A stretch of DNA of 64,000 nucleotides from Dimorphilus gyrociliatus. Taxonomy: Eukaryota > Animalia > Annelida. The notes under the pieces are model-generated. The model did not search any database and was not told where the DNA came from. It saw only the letters and a list, made by a program, of their open reading frames with translations. Both the position numbers and the translations under genes were made by a program. Every line of letters begins with the position of its first letter. Positions within the stretch are counted from its first letter, which is position 1. The DNA is taken from NCBI GenBank assembly GCA_904063045.1, contig CAJFCJ010000014.1, positions 1,795,643-1,859,642 of the forward strand. Direction: 5' to 3'. This document shows positions 40,801-54,900 of this stretch, in pieces.

Positions 40801-43369
40801 TTTGCAAGGTGTATACGAGGGAGATGAACCAGTTTGTAAAGAAAATGTAAGCAATAACTACGCTCTCATATTATGAAAAACTTATATAATAATTCCTAAA
40901 AAAAACCAGCTTATTGACTTGGAAACTTCTCTAACTTCCGGTATGGCAGGAAGAGTTTGGGGAGATAAAGATTCGTGTCTACCCAGCGAGTTAGTTTCTA
41001 AAGCTATCATATTTCAATAAACTATAGAGTTAATTTCATAAACAATAGAACTTTAATATCACCATTGCCTGGATGCCCCGGTTTAAAGGAGAATTTATCT
41101 ATTTGGTATTTATAATAAATAACATATTATTAATCTTATTGAAACAAGATTTGACTTGTAATCGCGAAATTACTCCAGTGTTTTCTATACGGATTCTCAT
41201 TACCCTGAAGATTTTGTATTTGAAGCTCGCCTGCTAAAAAACGTTCGGTGAGTGTGACAATGTTTCATTTTAAAGCAGTCTGAATGAACTTTTGTATATA
41301 TTATATTTAGTATGCCTAATCCAACGCTGAAACCGGGAGATTTTGAACGCGGTCAGGCGTATAGACCACAACTTGGATTTAAGCCTGATTCTGGCTACCG
41401 CCACAGAGGCTCATATAATACTATGCCTATGCAAAGATTAACGAGGTTAGAAAACATAAATTAAATTGTTAAAATATTAATATTCTTATGTTTTCATCTC
41501 TTAGGGCTGCAATGCACAATCAACATGGCAATTATTCTCGTGATTACAATCACGATAGAGGAGGAAGAGGAGGATCCAGGGGATACAACTCGCGCGGAAA
41601 CTATAACCGTGGAAGAGGAGACGGGGACTATAACAGATATGGTGGATCTGGTGGCTCAGACAGAGGTAGAGAATACAGTTAATTTTAAAAGCAGATGGCG
41701 CTACCCGTGCGTAATTACCGCAAACGCAGCTGCCCGATGCTAAAACGAGCGTTCTTTTTCGGCGGTAGATGATTCTTTTGAAGTAGGACAAAAAGCATTG
41801 CAATCGTTTGATCCTAGACTCGACTCTGCGGTAACAATTCGAGGGCGCGTTCATTTCTGTCCACTCTATCCCCTACTTGACGCTGCCCTTCAGAACATCG
41901 TCAGGCATACGTCTGGACTAGAACTAGCGTTTGTTAAGCCGTTGTTGCTCAACGGTACGGTTTGTAATTGCTGTACGCTTCGGCGATGTCGTAAATGAGC
42001 GTTTTCGGTTGATTTTTGATTGCATGGTTTGTCTGTGTTCTGCCTGCTCAGCGGTTGGTAGTCAGTGAAATTGAAAAATTTCGGGCGTATTACTTAATTA
42101 AAGCGTCGACAAATGACGCACAGTAGGAAAAGGGCGTTCATGTAATGAATTCTTTTGACGAGGGTATTGAGCGGCGTGTGGGGAGGGGTGAAGTATATAA
42201 TTCTATGAGCGTTTAATTCATTGTTGAAAATTACTCCGTGGCCGTTTATATTCTTGTTCAGTGGAAATATATGACGGATACAATACCTCCACCGGAAGTA
42301 GAGTCTTATACACAGGTGCGAAATGAAACTAATTACGACTAATGAGTGAGTTTTTGGTTCTCACCGTTTGGTCGGTACGTTGAGACAGTTAGATGATTGA
42401 GAGGTGTGGGAATGTCGGTTAGAGTGAATATTAATGAAGAGGAAGAAGCGTGAGAGGATGTCGGCGTCTTTACGCCGAGTGGAAATATAAAACTGTAGCC
42501 GTTGAACGATACGTTTGTTTATAGAAACTTAGAATGTTGAAAAAATCTAGAATGCTGGTGGATGATGATGGCGCCAGGCTGCATGTACAAGCACTCGACT
42601 TGAAGTGTTTCACTACTGTATATAGAGGTCCTGTCTATATGTACTTGTTTACTTTTCTTTCGCTTGCCATATTTTTTACGTCATGACTGGCTCTAATGAG
42701 GTGCGTGTCCGATCGTCTCGCTCACGTAAAATCGAATAACAATTAGATGATGTTCCGCTGGGAACTGTTAGAACCCGTTCGTAGCACGTGCCTAGCGATG
42801 GAATTTGTCGAAATTGATGCTAATTATCTAGGCGACGTTATGTCAGCTCCGTCGTCAGGGAATATTCAAGTACTTTCTATTATGACACGTTTTTTTTCCA
42901 ACACTCTTCTTCACTATACATGTACGAATTAATTAAAAGTGTGTGCTGACGATATATTAGAAATGATAGAATGCTAGGGAAAAAAAACGCGTACTTGAAA
43001 TTAATGAACAATATAGAGCGACTTGCCAAATGCTTTTATCAAGTCAATAAAATTGCAGCTGTAAAAGTAAAAAAAACTCGTGCGCTAGAGTCTATGAAAA
43101 ACGATTCTGTAATAGATCGCTATTTTTTCTCTTTGTACCTCATTAATTTTCTCATATTTATTTATTGTGCATGTACAAAAATCTTTTTTATTATAGGACG
43201 AAACCGATTTAGCGCTTACGGAGGAGGTGACAATTTATCTTGGAACAGAAATCTAAGTGGTCAACCTAGGGCTTATGGAGATAATAGAAGGAATTATCGC
43301 TATCCGCAACCTCACCAGCCGTATAATCAGGTACATTTATCTTGTCTATCAAGCGCGTTCGACTTGTAA
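37885..43369 (+). CDS. XRN2: 5'-3' exoribonuclease 2 (Rat1); final exon unresolved
   Basis: [88 protein letters not shown]-rich tail. The exon at 43197-43330 follows a 1531-nt intron. The end is either read-through to TAA at 43369 or splicing at GTACAT (43331) to an unidentified exon. Confidence 0.96.
41691..41703 (+). promoter_or_regulatory. CTCF-like core GCAGATGGCGCTA at the 5' edge of the large XRN2 intron
   Basis: Same core as the 13917 site, 25 nt after the donor at 41666. Motif match only. Confidence 0.45.
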
Positions 43370-46300
43370 GTGGTAGAAAGACAAAAAGTTAGTACAGAGA
43401 GTGAGAGACAGAAAAACGGATGAATGCAAAAAAGACGATTGGAAGATAAACAGAAGGACGAACGAAGAGTTGTTAAAGGGATAAAAAAAACCAACCGCCG
43501 ATAGGCAGTTTAAAAAAAATGAAGGGGTTTTTCTTTAAATCCATCGAACTCTACCCCCTAATGACTTTTTTCAGATTGGGGTGTGATGTTGATTGAACGC
43601 ATTAGGCGTGAACTAGACGCGCAAGGATTGCAGGCGCAACGGCGAATTGAAAGCGGACTGTTAAAGTAGCAATTAGTTGTACTAACTTTCCGCTATAATT
43701 ACGTCGGCTTAAAGCAGTCGCACCACTCGCAGGTGTCGGGGATTAGCGAGTATAACGATAGGCCTATTTGTCGTATTTGAATGAGGGTCGTACTATACAG
43801 CCTTAGGCTATGTATTCACCCACGATTGTATACAGCAAAACAAGGCGTTTAATTTTTACGTTTATAAATTAAATAAAAAAGCCCGTTAGGATTGTTGACA
43901 CATATTTTTCGCGCATACTCCGATGACCGTGATCTGCCCTGGAGGTGTGGCATTGGTCAGAATGTCTTTCTAGGCTTCGATTGTGCATACAAGTTTAGGG
44001 TACGATAGGTTTTATTTACTTATGAGCTAAATTTTTTCGTAACAGAACAGAGGAAGAGACAGAAGGGACGACGGCTATCGAAGATACTAATGGACTAATT
44101 TCCTCTCTTTTTCTGTCGACGCTTCGACAGGACCTTGAACGAAGCGTCATCATTTATTGTTCGTTGAAAACTTTATTATTTATTTGCCGAATGATTGTGA
44201 TAGATAGTGCGTACTCGTTTTATGAGTTTATGATATGCTCGTGTTCGAGTAAAAAAAAATATCGTGCCCTCATTCAGGGCGTCTAATTGAAAAACGAAGA
44301 CGGTGAAAAAAAGCGACGATGCCTCGCGGCTATTTGCTAAGCAGTTGGGGAGTTTTGTCGTAGCTTTCTCGCGACCCAAAACCCTCTTTTCCACCTTACC
44401 ATTTCTTTACTCATTTCACCTATCCTTCCTTCCACCTGCCCTTTATACTAGGTGAGTTCCGGAAGAGGACGTGGAAAGGACGAAGAGGATGAGAGTGAAA
44501 AAAAAAGCCGGGGCTTACGACATCGATCTCGACGAGGTACAGCTGCGTTGTACAGTTGAGATGATGGAAGATATTTGCAGAGCTCTTCACCTCTCTCTCC
44601 ATCATGCGGCACGCGTCACTCGAGACGCTTCCCAGGCCTCATTTGTTTAAGGCCATCGATGGACGCTGAGCGGACCGAATCGGCCGGTTACGTTCGGCAC
44701 GTAAGCTAGTGAACACAAAGTACGCCTATATAAATATAAAGTCTATACGGTGCGGTATGCGTCGCAGCGGGTCGACACAGCGAGGCGTCTCTCGTTCGAT
44801 GGTGCTTCACCAACTGGCTCGACTTTGCACGCATCTACATCCAATCGTCCAACATTAGGCCCTGCCTAATTGACGAGATTTACTGGGGAGACGCTAATGC
44901 AGGCAGACATCCTTAGCCTTCTACAGTCGAATTTTACTGACGTCGAGTGTTGGCGTAACCGCTTTGAAGTAGACGTTCGCGTCGGCTACAGATTTTTTTC
45001 TGCTTTCGGCAAAATATCCGCTCTTTCGTAACCCCGACTGTTTTCTACATGGTTTGGTTCTTTCTCTTTCGTCAGTCTCCTCCGTTCTGAACGTCCGCCT
45101 TCTTTTATAGAAGCTAGCGGATGGTGCTTGAGCAGGCGAAGAAGGCGCAAGTTGACGGAAAGAGAGCATGAACGCGGTGTGTGAGTATACTTGCGGTACT
45201 ATTGCAGTACCATTGCAGCACCACTTTACGGGCGAATGTTGGCTCTACACTCGCTTCAATGCACCGCTTAAGCTCTCTTATGACCTACTTTAGAAGTCCT
45301 CTCCTACCGGGTCAACGTATCTCCGAGTCGACTGTTCAAACGCGGCTGTTCCTTATCAGCGTTCTGGCGAGCCGCTTAGCATGAGAGAACGACCAATAAG
45401 GACTATTCAATATAAAAGGATCCCGTGAATACCAGATATATATGTCGTTATATACAGAACATATATATAAAATATACTATTTATATATAATTTATATATT
45501 TATATATATTACTGTATTGAATATATGCCTGAGAGTATTTTATAGTTGAAGTATTGGAATTTGTTGAAAAGGAAGAACGCAATAAATTGTATCAAAAAGT
45601 AAGGGAAGAACTACTAAAAGAGAAAAGGAAATAGCACTAAACTTATATGTATATATATACAAGTATTCTAAGCGGTATTTATGTAAAGCATATCTTTATT
45701 ATACTTGCTAAGAAAGATACAATATGCTCGCTCAGCGGTAATATACAAGTATTATACGGAGTATGCTGTTCGCATATATAGTATATACAATTTACACACG
45801 GATATATACCTTTAATCTAAACGATCTTAAATCTAATCTAAGTCTGTAGGCCTACGGAAATATTTACACGGAGAGTGAGGCGAAGACAATAACACCGAAC
45901 GCAGTCAACACCCCGATTCATTCTTACAGGGAAGAAAATCCGTAAAAATCCTTTGGCAAGTGTTCTCCAAGCGGCTTAGCGCAGGCACCATTTGGCGCAG
46001 ACAATTATTAATTGCTTTCTACCCTTACTTTACTTCATGCGTGTGATTGACAGGCGACGACGGCTTGGCAATGATTATTGACTAACTATAAACTCGATTC
46101 GATTTCGGGGTGGACCGTCAATCATTTATAATAGTTTCTTTTCTTATTTCTTTTCACTTCCTTCTATTTTTATAAACTATTAATCGGCTCTAAAATACAT
46201 TTTTTCTCTCTCCACCTCCCTCCCTCCCTCCCTCCCTCTCTCTCTCTGTCTCTCTCTCTGTCTCTCTCTGTCTCCCTGTCTCTTACGCTTACTCGTGCTC

Positions 46301-47078
46301 TTTATAGTATATATATATATAGAATTGAATTCAATCGTACATATGCGCGCCTCCTAAATCTAGGTCAAGTATGTACGCGCAATCGTTCGATTCTGTTTGC
46401 CACTTTGTCCATGAAAAATTAACGTCGATCATTCGAACGTCGCGACCTTTAACCCCTTTCGAGTTTTTTTCAAGAGTGAATTATTTTGTTAAATCTATAT
46501 AAAATATAAAAGTGTTAGATTCGATCGTGATTCGACGCTTTATAGGACTATTTATAGAAATGAATCGAGCGTAAAATAGCTTTGTGTATTTAATTAAATA
46601 CCGCATGCATTGCAATTAAAAAACGACGCCCGCGTTACAGTTTCTAGCGCGCCCATATAAAATATAACTGAATATTATGTAACATTATATTCTATCCGGA
46701 TTAGACGGTATATAAGATTTACGGAAAGTTTGAAAAAAAAGAGAAGACGGAAAAGGAGGACAGAAGAATTTTTTGCATGAGAAAAACAGGGACAGCAAAA
46801 AAAAAAGGAGAAAAAAAGAAAATAAAAAGAACCTAATCTCTACATTTATGATAACGATTATATAGGTTTATACGGTCCGTTTTCAGATAATAGAAGTTAA
46901 ATACTCAGATAGCTTATCTTTTGCAACTTTATTGAGGAGATAAAATATTAAAAAAAGAATAAAAACGGATTAAAACTATATAGTTAGTTAAAAGTTAGTA
47001 AAATAAATAAAAAAAAGACCGTGTTACAAGAACGATAATAATTATGTGTATGTAAATATGTGTATATGAGAAAAATAG

Positions 47079-47116
<38 letters not shown>

Positions 47117-50100
47117 AAAAAACGAACAAATGAATGAATGAATGAATAAAAGTGTTAAGGAATGAATTAAAAAAAAAGAGAGTAATAGAAAGAGTGAATG
47201 AGAGAGAGAGAGAAGAAATTGCATTCGATTTCATGAACTCGATTTGCACTTGTCTATTAAGAATTGATTTTGTTAAATTTATCGCATATCGATTAATTTT
47301 TTTTTACTTGCACGCGCCAAGAAAAAAAACCTTTTAATGATCCTTCAACAAATTATATATTCGTTTATTTTATCTTAAGTATTCTATACATATATTAATT
47401 CATTACTATTATTAATATTATCCTTATCATTTTTTTTGGATTAATACTCTCTTGAAGAAAAGAGAGTGGCTTTCCATTTTTTTTCGTTATTTTCTCATTG
47501 CTCTTGGTTGTATGTATGTCGATCTCTCACTCCCACCCCCTCTCTCTCTCTCTCTTAGTATTACTCTTGTGTCCTCTTTTCTTCATTTTCTATTTATCAT
47601 CTCTTTTCTTGCGCTCCTCCTTCTTTTTCTTCTTTTACTACTATTACTACCACTACTACTACTCTCGAAAAGGCACTTAGAAGGAAAGCGTTAACGAATA
47701 ATATCAATTCTTCGCGGTCGGTCATGTGCCGCATTTATTTACCGAGCTTTGTGCAATTTTCTAATATCAATAAACTAAATGCGCGAAAACGGCTAAAGTA
47801 GGTTGTATGGCACTTGCGAATCGATTGTTTGTCGTGCTTACGTCATTTCCCGCGTTGAGCGAGCATGCGCAGTCAGTAAGTGAGGTTGTTTAGATGCGCT
47901 TCCGGCGTCTTTAGACGCTTTAGGCTTTGTATCTTTTGATGACGGCTAATAGCTAGTTGAGTGATTTTTCGCGGCGTACAGAAAATCTATTTCGCGCATG
48001 ACTATACGGGCTCGTACTTTGATCAGCTTTTATCTTCTTTTTTTTTTTCTCTCTCTCTCTCTCTCTTTATATATTACTATTTCCTTCTCTATTTAGAGTA
48101 GTTGTGACCTATGAGATTGATTGACGCGTATACTTGGTGGCACCGACCAGTGGTCAAATATTAAATGTGTGCAGTTCTGACATAAGAATGTTCAACTCTC
48201 GAGCGTGTCAGTACTGTTGGCATATTACGTCATGGCTAGTAGTGGGACAGTTAGTAGAGTAGATAAGCCTAAACTCTTTCTCTTAAAACTAAAGACGGAT
48301 TCTTAAAGAAACGACTTAAAAAACAACAACAACAACACGATTCTTATTACTATATTAAGACAGATTAACAGAGATATATTTATCTATTCGTTAACGTTTG
48401 TATGTATGCTTACTGCGCCAGATACTATATATCTCTATATTATATACATATATATATATATATATATACAATATTGTATTTATTATATACGGTATACGTA
48501 GGATTTCAACACCCTAATCCGCCTGTAATCCTCCCTCTTGTTATTAATATTCATAGAGATATATTACTAATTTAAATAGCCTATATTGTAATTTAAATAT
48601 TTTACAACCATCCTCAACAGTCCCTCTTCAATACCCCCTTCTGCTCCTCTCTGTGTCCCTCTTGCTGTCTCTTCTCTTTCTCTCTCTGTGTCTCTCCTAT
48701 TTCCCTCTCCATCTAACTCTTTCTTTCCTTTTTAAAGCCCGTCTCTCTCTCTCTCTCTCTCTCTTTGCTTCGGCGCATAAAGACGTAAACTAGCCAGATG
48801 TAAAGTATTTACGTTGCCCAGCATATGGACACTTATGGCGGTGAGAGGCGCGCACAGTGGGCGGACGGTGCAGGCGGAATGCGTTTGGTCCGCACCCGTA
48901 GAGAGATCTTTTGCGTGTACGCGTGATTGATCGCATATTGTAACGTTAAATTTTTCCCTTTCTTTCGTTTTATATTCTTATGTGATTTACCTTTAATAAA
49001 GACATTATTTTCAGGTTGAAAAACACATTGAATAGATAGGCCTATGTGCTAATTCATTTTCAAGTATAATTCATATATAGAGTACACAAAATATCAAAGA
49101 TACAGAATAAATAAGAGATCTGGCTTTAAAATACTGTATATATAGTTAATGTCACTAAATTGGACGGTATGCTGGAGAAACATATTTAAACGAGCATTTA
49201 AGATGTCTATGTCTATAGAGGCGACGCTTTTCCGGTTAGGATGTTTTTAGCGCGGCCGCGAGAGACGCCTCGCGCCAATTACTTTTCGACGTGAGTAAAC
49301 GAGCACTTTTCTATTGTGCGTCAACAGTATTCGATGCGGCCTTCTCTTTATAAGCACCATTCACACCAAGCTCACCGATACCAGTGACACCAGACTCGTT
49401 AATGAGCGAGCCCTGTTTAAGCCCGTTCCGATGCATTCATATTAAAAAAGAACGCTGTATAGATATAAATATATGATAAGAATAAATGATAAAAAAGAGA
49501 CAGTGAGAAAAAGAGATAGAGAGAGAAAGAGTGTCTATGGAAAAACTATGGAAGAAATTGATAAAAAATGAAAAGAGAAATAAAAACTTGAAACCCTCTA
49601 CCTATGTATTTAGTTATTTATCAACTCAAATATAATTACTCAGCCAATTAAGTCTGCAGTATAAAAACGGTCGAGCGTAATTGATTAGAAGGATTAGTAG
49701 TCGCGAGCGCGCGCGCTTGCTCGTGCGCTCTGCCGATTTATAACACCTCCGTGGTCGTTGGCGACTTGACACTTTTTAAGGATACACTATTGTATATCCG
49801 CAAATATAAAGAATAATAGACAGATAAAAAGATTTATCATTTATAACCAGCTATACCTTAATTATATGCCGTATATAAGGCGCTTATTATAGGAAACTAA
49901 TTGCTTTCTGAAGTGTGTGCAGCTGGCAAGAGCCGCCATGTTAACATGACGTCACGCCCGCTCCGCTGCTCAGTAATTAGCGTCATTACAGTGGGCGTCG
50001 GTAGGCGGGGTAGGGGGCGGTAAGATGACATTGACCTCCTGATTTCTCGACAATTTCCACTTTCTGTAATTTACTTGTTTTTTTTTCTTTTTAATTTGTT

Positions 50101-51734
50101 TAAGTGAACAGAGAAATAAATTTTATCCGATTTAAATCAACCTCTTCTGCCTCTCCCTCCCTCTCTCTTTCCCGCACTCCCTCACCCCCTACGTCCCCTT
50201 ATGTATTAATATATATGTATATATATATAACTGGAATACACCTAGCAGTTATACTCATGAGTTTTCTCCACTATGTATATATCGTATTTTGAAAGTAGAT
50301 ACTTGTATATAAAGTAACAGTTTATCAACAAGTCGCACGCTATATCTATATAACTACTAACACGTATACACGCTTTCATACATCTTGTTATTGTTTGTTG
50401 TTTATCAAATAAAAACAACAGTCATAATAATAATAATAAAACTTGTAAACAAACAAACAAATAAATAAACAAGTTGAGATGTAAAAAAAAATTGGAATAA
50501 TTAGATGTGGCGGTGACAGAGACAAGAGACAAAAGAGAAAAAGAGAGGGAGAGAGAGAGAGAGGAAAATAGAGGGAGAGAATGCTAAAGAAAGAAAGAAA
50601 AATAAACGCTATTAATTTTGCTTTAAAGGATTAACGCGAGTATTTTTTAGATGTTACAGAGGCGCCATAGAAGAGGTTGTAAAACTGTAAAAGTTTATCG
50701 CTGCGTACTGTTTGCGTATGTTTTCAATGACCGTTCACCGAGTATTGTAAATATAAATGATGCTTGTAGACTCGGCTCGTTATTATACTCGAGAGATCCT
50801 TGTCATTATCGCCTAAACGCTATGTGTGAATTTAGACCTATAATTTTGGTATATTTATAAACATATTTAAATCCGTAAATAACTGTTGAATGTTATACAG
50901 TAGCTGATGTTGTTTTAGATAATATCTCTTCCAATTGACGAATGTTTCAATTATAAATATAGATTGTATTAGCTGTTGATTAGTGTACCAAGTTTGTTAA
51001 GGCCTTCATATATTGATATTAAGTAATTTATATAGATATTTATAAGGATACCGTAGTCTTAGGCGATTTGTGTTTATGCGTTAAAATCTCTGCTAACACT
51101 GACTAGTGTCGGGTTATCGTTATGTAAAGAAAGGCTTTATTTAAATGCTCCGCCCTTTTACTATGGGCTTTGTAAATATAGTTTAACTATTGGAAAAGAA
51201 AAAGGGAGTAGGGGGTGACAGGAAAAGTATAAAAAAGTGGGAAAAAGGAAAAAAAGCAAAGGATAAAGTAAGTGTCTAAAAAGGGTCTGTGAGAATGGGA
51301 ACGAGTGAGGGAAAGAGGGAACAGAACTATATACTATATATTATAAAGTGGGTTGGAAGGTAGCTCGATTAGATATTTGACATTTCAGCCGTTAAAGGTC
51401 GGACGGGAACGGATCGATAGGCGCTAATTATCGAACGTAATCGCAAGGATTTTCTTTCTCTTTTTTATGAAAAAAAATTTCCAGCTGCGTTACTTTTCCT
51501 TGCATCACTGATTTTAGGGCGTCGATTTAACAAGCTCCTATTGTTTTTAACGCTCTCTTTTACCACCCGTTCGAAACTTTCTCACGATCGTCCGTTATAA
51601 TCGGTTTATAACGCCCCGCGCGTCTTCTATACGCAAGAAAATCTCCGTAGAAAAGCTTATATACGTCAGAATTGTATACAACATTAAATATGTAACGCGC
51701 CAGTGCGCAGGGAGACAGTTTTATACATACAATA

Positions 51735-51743
51735 ATATATAAA

Positions 51744-51807
<64 letters not shown>

Positions 51808-51875
51808 GCACTTTGTACGTACAGTGTATACACATAGATATATAATATATATATATAATAAATATATATAAATAC

Positions 51876-51907
<32 letters not shown>

Positions 51908-51912
51908 GTATA
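51735..51912. repeat. Imperfect (TA)n tract in the NKX2-1 3' region
   Basis: About 175 nt of near-pure TA dinucleotide repeats. Shorter (TA)n runs occur at ~11735, 24500, 26975 and 48445. Confidence 0.95.
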
Positions 51913-51979
51913 TTACAGAGAAAATGTCAAAAGAACGGTAATAATTATCCATAACATAAAAATAATAATAAGCGTTTCT

Positions 51980-54900
51980 TCACCAGTGCGCAGTTCGTTG
52001 GCTTAACAAATAAGGCGAAGAGGCCATTACCCCAGCATTACCGTAGCTCGACAAAGAGGGTGAGGAGAGATGGTTCATAGAACTGTCCTGCTGAACTACA
52101 GGAGCCATTAGTGGCGGTTGATTCTGAGAAGGCAGTTGAGGAGTGTGCCCAGAACCGTTGGGCGTTCCTTGTTCGGAACTACTGCAATCGCTGCTACTTC
52201 CGCCACCGCTATTTCCGCCGCACGGTTTTCCGTCCTTGACCAAGACAGGCACAGCAACACGACGAGGAGACGTTTGAGCTGAATCGCGAGGAGTGGATTC
52301 CATTTTTTCCTTATCCTTTTGAGCTCTTTTCATCTTGTAACGGTGATTTTGAAACCAGATTTTTACCTGTGATAAATATTTATAAAAATACATATTAAAT
52401 AAAGAATTTCAAGACAGGATTAAGATTTCTATAATACGGAAATGGCAAAAAATAACGGATGAACATACCTGAGTAGGCGTCAAGTTAATCATGGAAGCCA
52501 AATGCTCTCTTTCCGGGGCCGACAAATACTTCTGTTGCTTAAATCGCCTTTCTAATTCGAATACTTGAGCTTGCGTGAAAAGAACTCGCCGCTTCCGCCG
52601 TTGACTTATCGGAAATTGCATAGCAGCACCGGGTTTTCCGTCCAAACCAAACGCCGACATCGACCCCATTCCGGCAGTCATACCGCTCATAGAGCATGAT
52701 GATGGTCCGCCCATTAGGCGAGAAACTGAACAAATAGACAGCGGGATATTAGTGATAATGTAATCCGAGAGTGAAAAAGAGTAAAAAAAAGAGAGAGATA
52801 GATAGAGAAATAGAGAATGTTATTCAAGTAACAAATACGCGTGATTTATGCCTTATATCAAAGGAAACATTTAATAGTAAAACCGAGGAGGGAGGGCTAA
52901 GGGAGGTGCCCGTTAGAGGCGAAAGCAGCGGGAGGTGCGATCGCAAGTTGTGCGATAGCGTATGAACATTAACGCATAAAAAAAGGCTCGAATATAAATG
53001 AACAGATAAAGAGAAACAAATAGCAGAAGAGTGCGCACGAGACAGAGAAAAGGGAGGGAACGAGGTAGCGAGGGGAGGGGAAAAGTGTTTTTTCTAGGGC
53101 AAACATTCACTCACAATAAACGGCAAATGACACGTTTTTATGCATCATTGATTACATTCGCGAAACAATAGACATTCTATTTTTTCATGGCCTATTCGTA
53201 CTATTTTAAATATTTATAAAAATAGGCTGAATTATGCATTATTTACCCTAAAAATGAACTAAATATATAGGAAAGCGTCTAGTCATTTCAATAAGTCTTC
53301 CTTCTTTCAATTGAATAGGAAAGAGTTGATATGACGTGCTTTTACCTATTCATAAGGGAATAGTAATAGACTGGATAGGTGTAATAGTTAAGTACAATCT
53401 AACGCGTCCAACTTTTCCCTTGTCCGTAAGTTGACTCATAGGGCCTATAACACGTACGATAAAAAGGAAACAATTGGAAGTAAATGAGAACGCTTAGCGT
53501 TCCTACTGGGCTTACTCTCGCCCTACTTATGTGGGTGGATTTAATTCGATGGGCGAGAATAGACTGACAGATAGAATGAAGAAAGGACGAAGAAAAGATA
53601 AAGAGGAAAGACAAACGCGACCGAATCAATGCAGCAGCACAATTAGATGTTAGGAAGTGAAAGGGTCGGTCGAAGGGCTGTCAGCGTTTATCATTCTCAC
53701 GCCTTTACAGACGATCGAAATGAATTAGGCGTCTCCGTTTGTTTTTCCTTACGCCCTCCTTACGAACTTTATACATCAACAATCTATAAAGATGTATTAT
53801 TTCTCCTTTATCTTTTCTCTTTCATAGAGTAAATAGGGAACGTTATTTGTAAGTATAAAAAATCTCTATCTCTAATTCAATACATCTATATACTGGATAT
53901 ATTTGCGTAGGGAAGCTCGTAACACCTGCGCGAGCGTAATCTGCGAAGCAGGTAAAACTTATCAAAGTGTCGCCTCTAAAACTCAGTTCAAAGTTTCGAT
54001 ATGTTGTTTACCGGAAGGACGAGAAGCGATAAGATAACGATTAGCCTCATCCTTATCTAACGCTACTGCCTTTCGTTAGACTTTCTGGAGACATTTCGAG
54101 CGGCCAATAAAATAATTTATATATAATATTTCGCAATAATTCGTACGTATATACGGTTTTATTTAATCTTTGGAAGGCGGCAAGTGAATTTTTGCATTAT
54201 TCCCGCTAAATAAGACGTTAGTTGTAGTGATTCTAAATGCGTAAATATATATTGTGAGATAAAGAACCCAGGTGATGTTGGGCGAAGAAAGTAGGTCAAG
54301 TGGGCACCGTCGTTTGCAATAAACGGCCACTGAAGCGTCAGGCGCCCGCAGCAATGTTCCAATTGCTTTTCGTATACAAGCGAGCTTCTTCTTTTCACGA
54401 CTACACTTTGCTGTGTATATTTTTTACGGCAAATTATCGTTCGCTATTGTGTACATAAACTAAGCGTCTGTTTCCTATATAAGTATTTTTATATATAGGT
54501 ATTAAAAAGCTGAAATTTTTCTCTCTATTGTAATGCTTATAAATCGAACAAAGTTACTCAGGCCTAGACTGCATAGCTTTTAAAAATCTTCGCATATTTC
54601 GATCTAAGAGAGGGATTTGAGAGAAAAGATTAGGCAAAAGAATTTTTTTTTCTATCATCCAGTCCATTCTGTCTATCTTATGAAATTTTTTACGACTATT
54701 TGCGAATATTCTCACTAATGAAAATAATCTGGAATTGCGGTTGTCCGCTCACATCACAGAGATATTTAAGTATTAATTGAATGGACAATTGACCCAAATA
54801 GAGGAGGGTACTTACTTGCAAATCTAGGGTCGGTAGCTGCGTTGGTTCCATACCAAGAAGAAGTCGAATGGCGAGGATCGGCGGCGTAATGAGAAAAGTC

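Noticed and set aside
51593-51613. 8-bp hairpin CGTTATAA-TCGGT-TTATAACG in the NKX2-1 3' region as a miRNA or RNA element
   Set aside because: Far too short for a pre-miRNA and matches no element I recognise.
51560-51952. 130-aa ORF rich in YI repeats
   Set aside because: Translation of the (TA)n tract. ORFs at 46995-47694 and 55682-55906 are likewise microsatellite artefacts.
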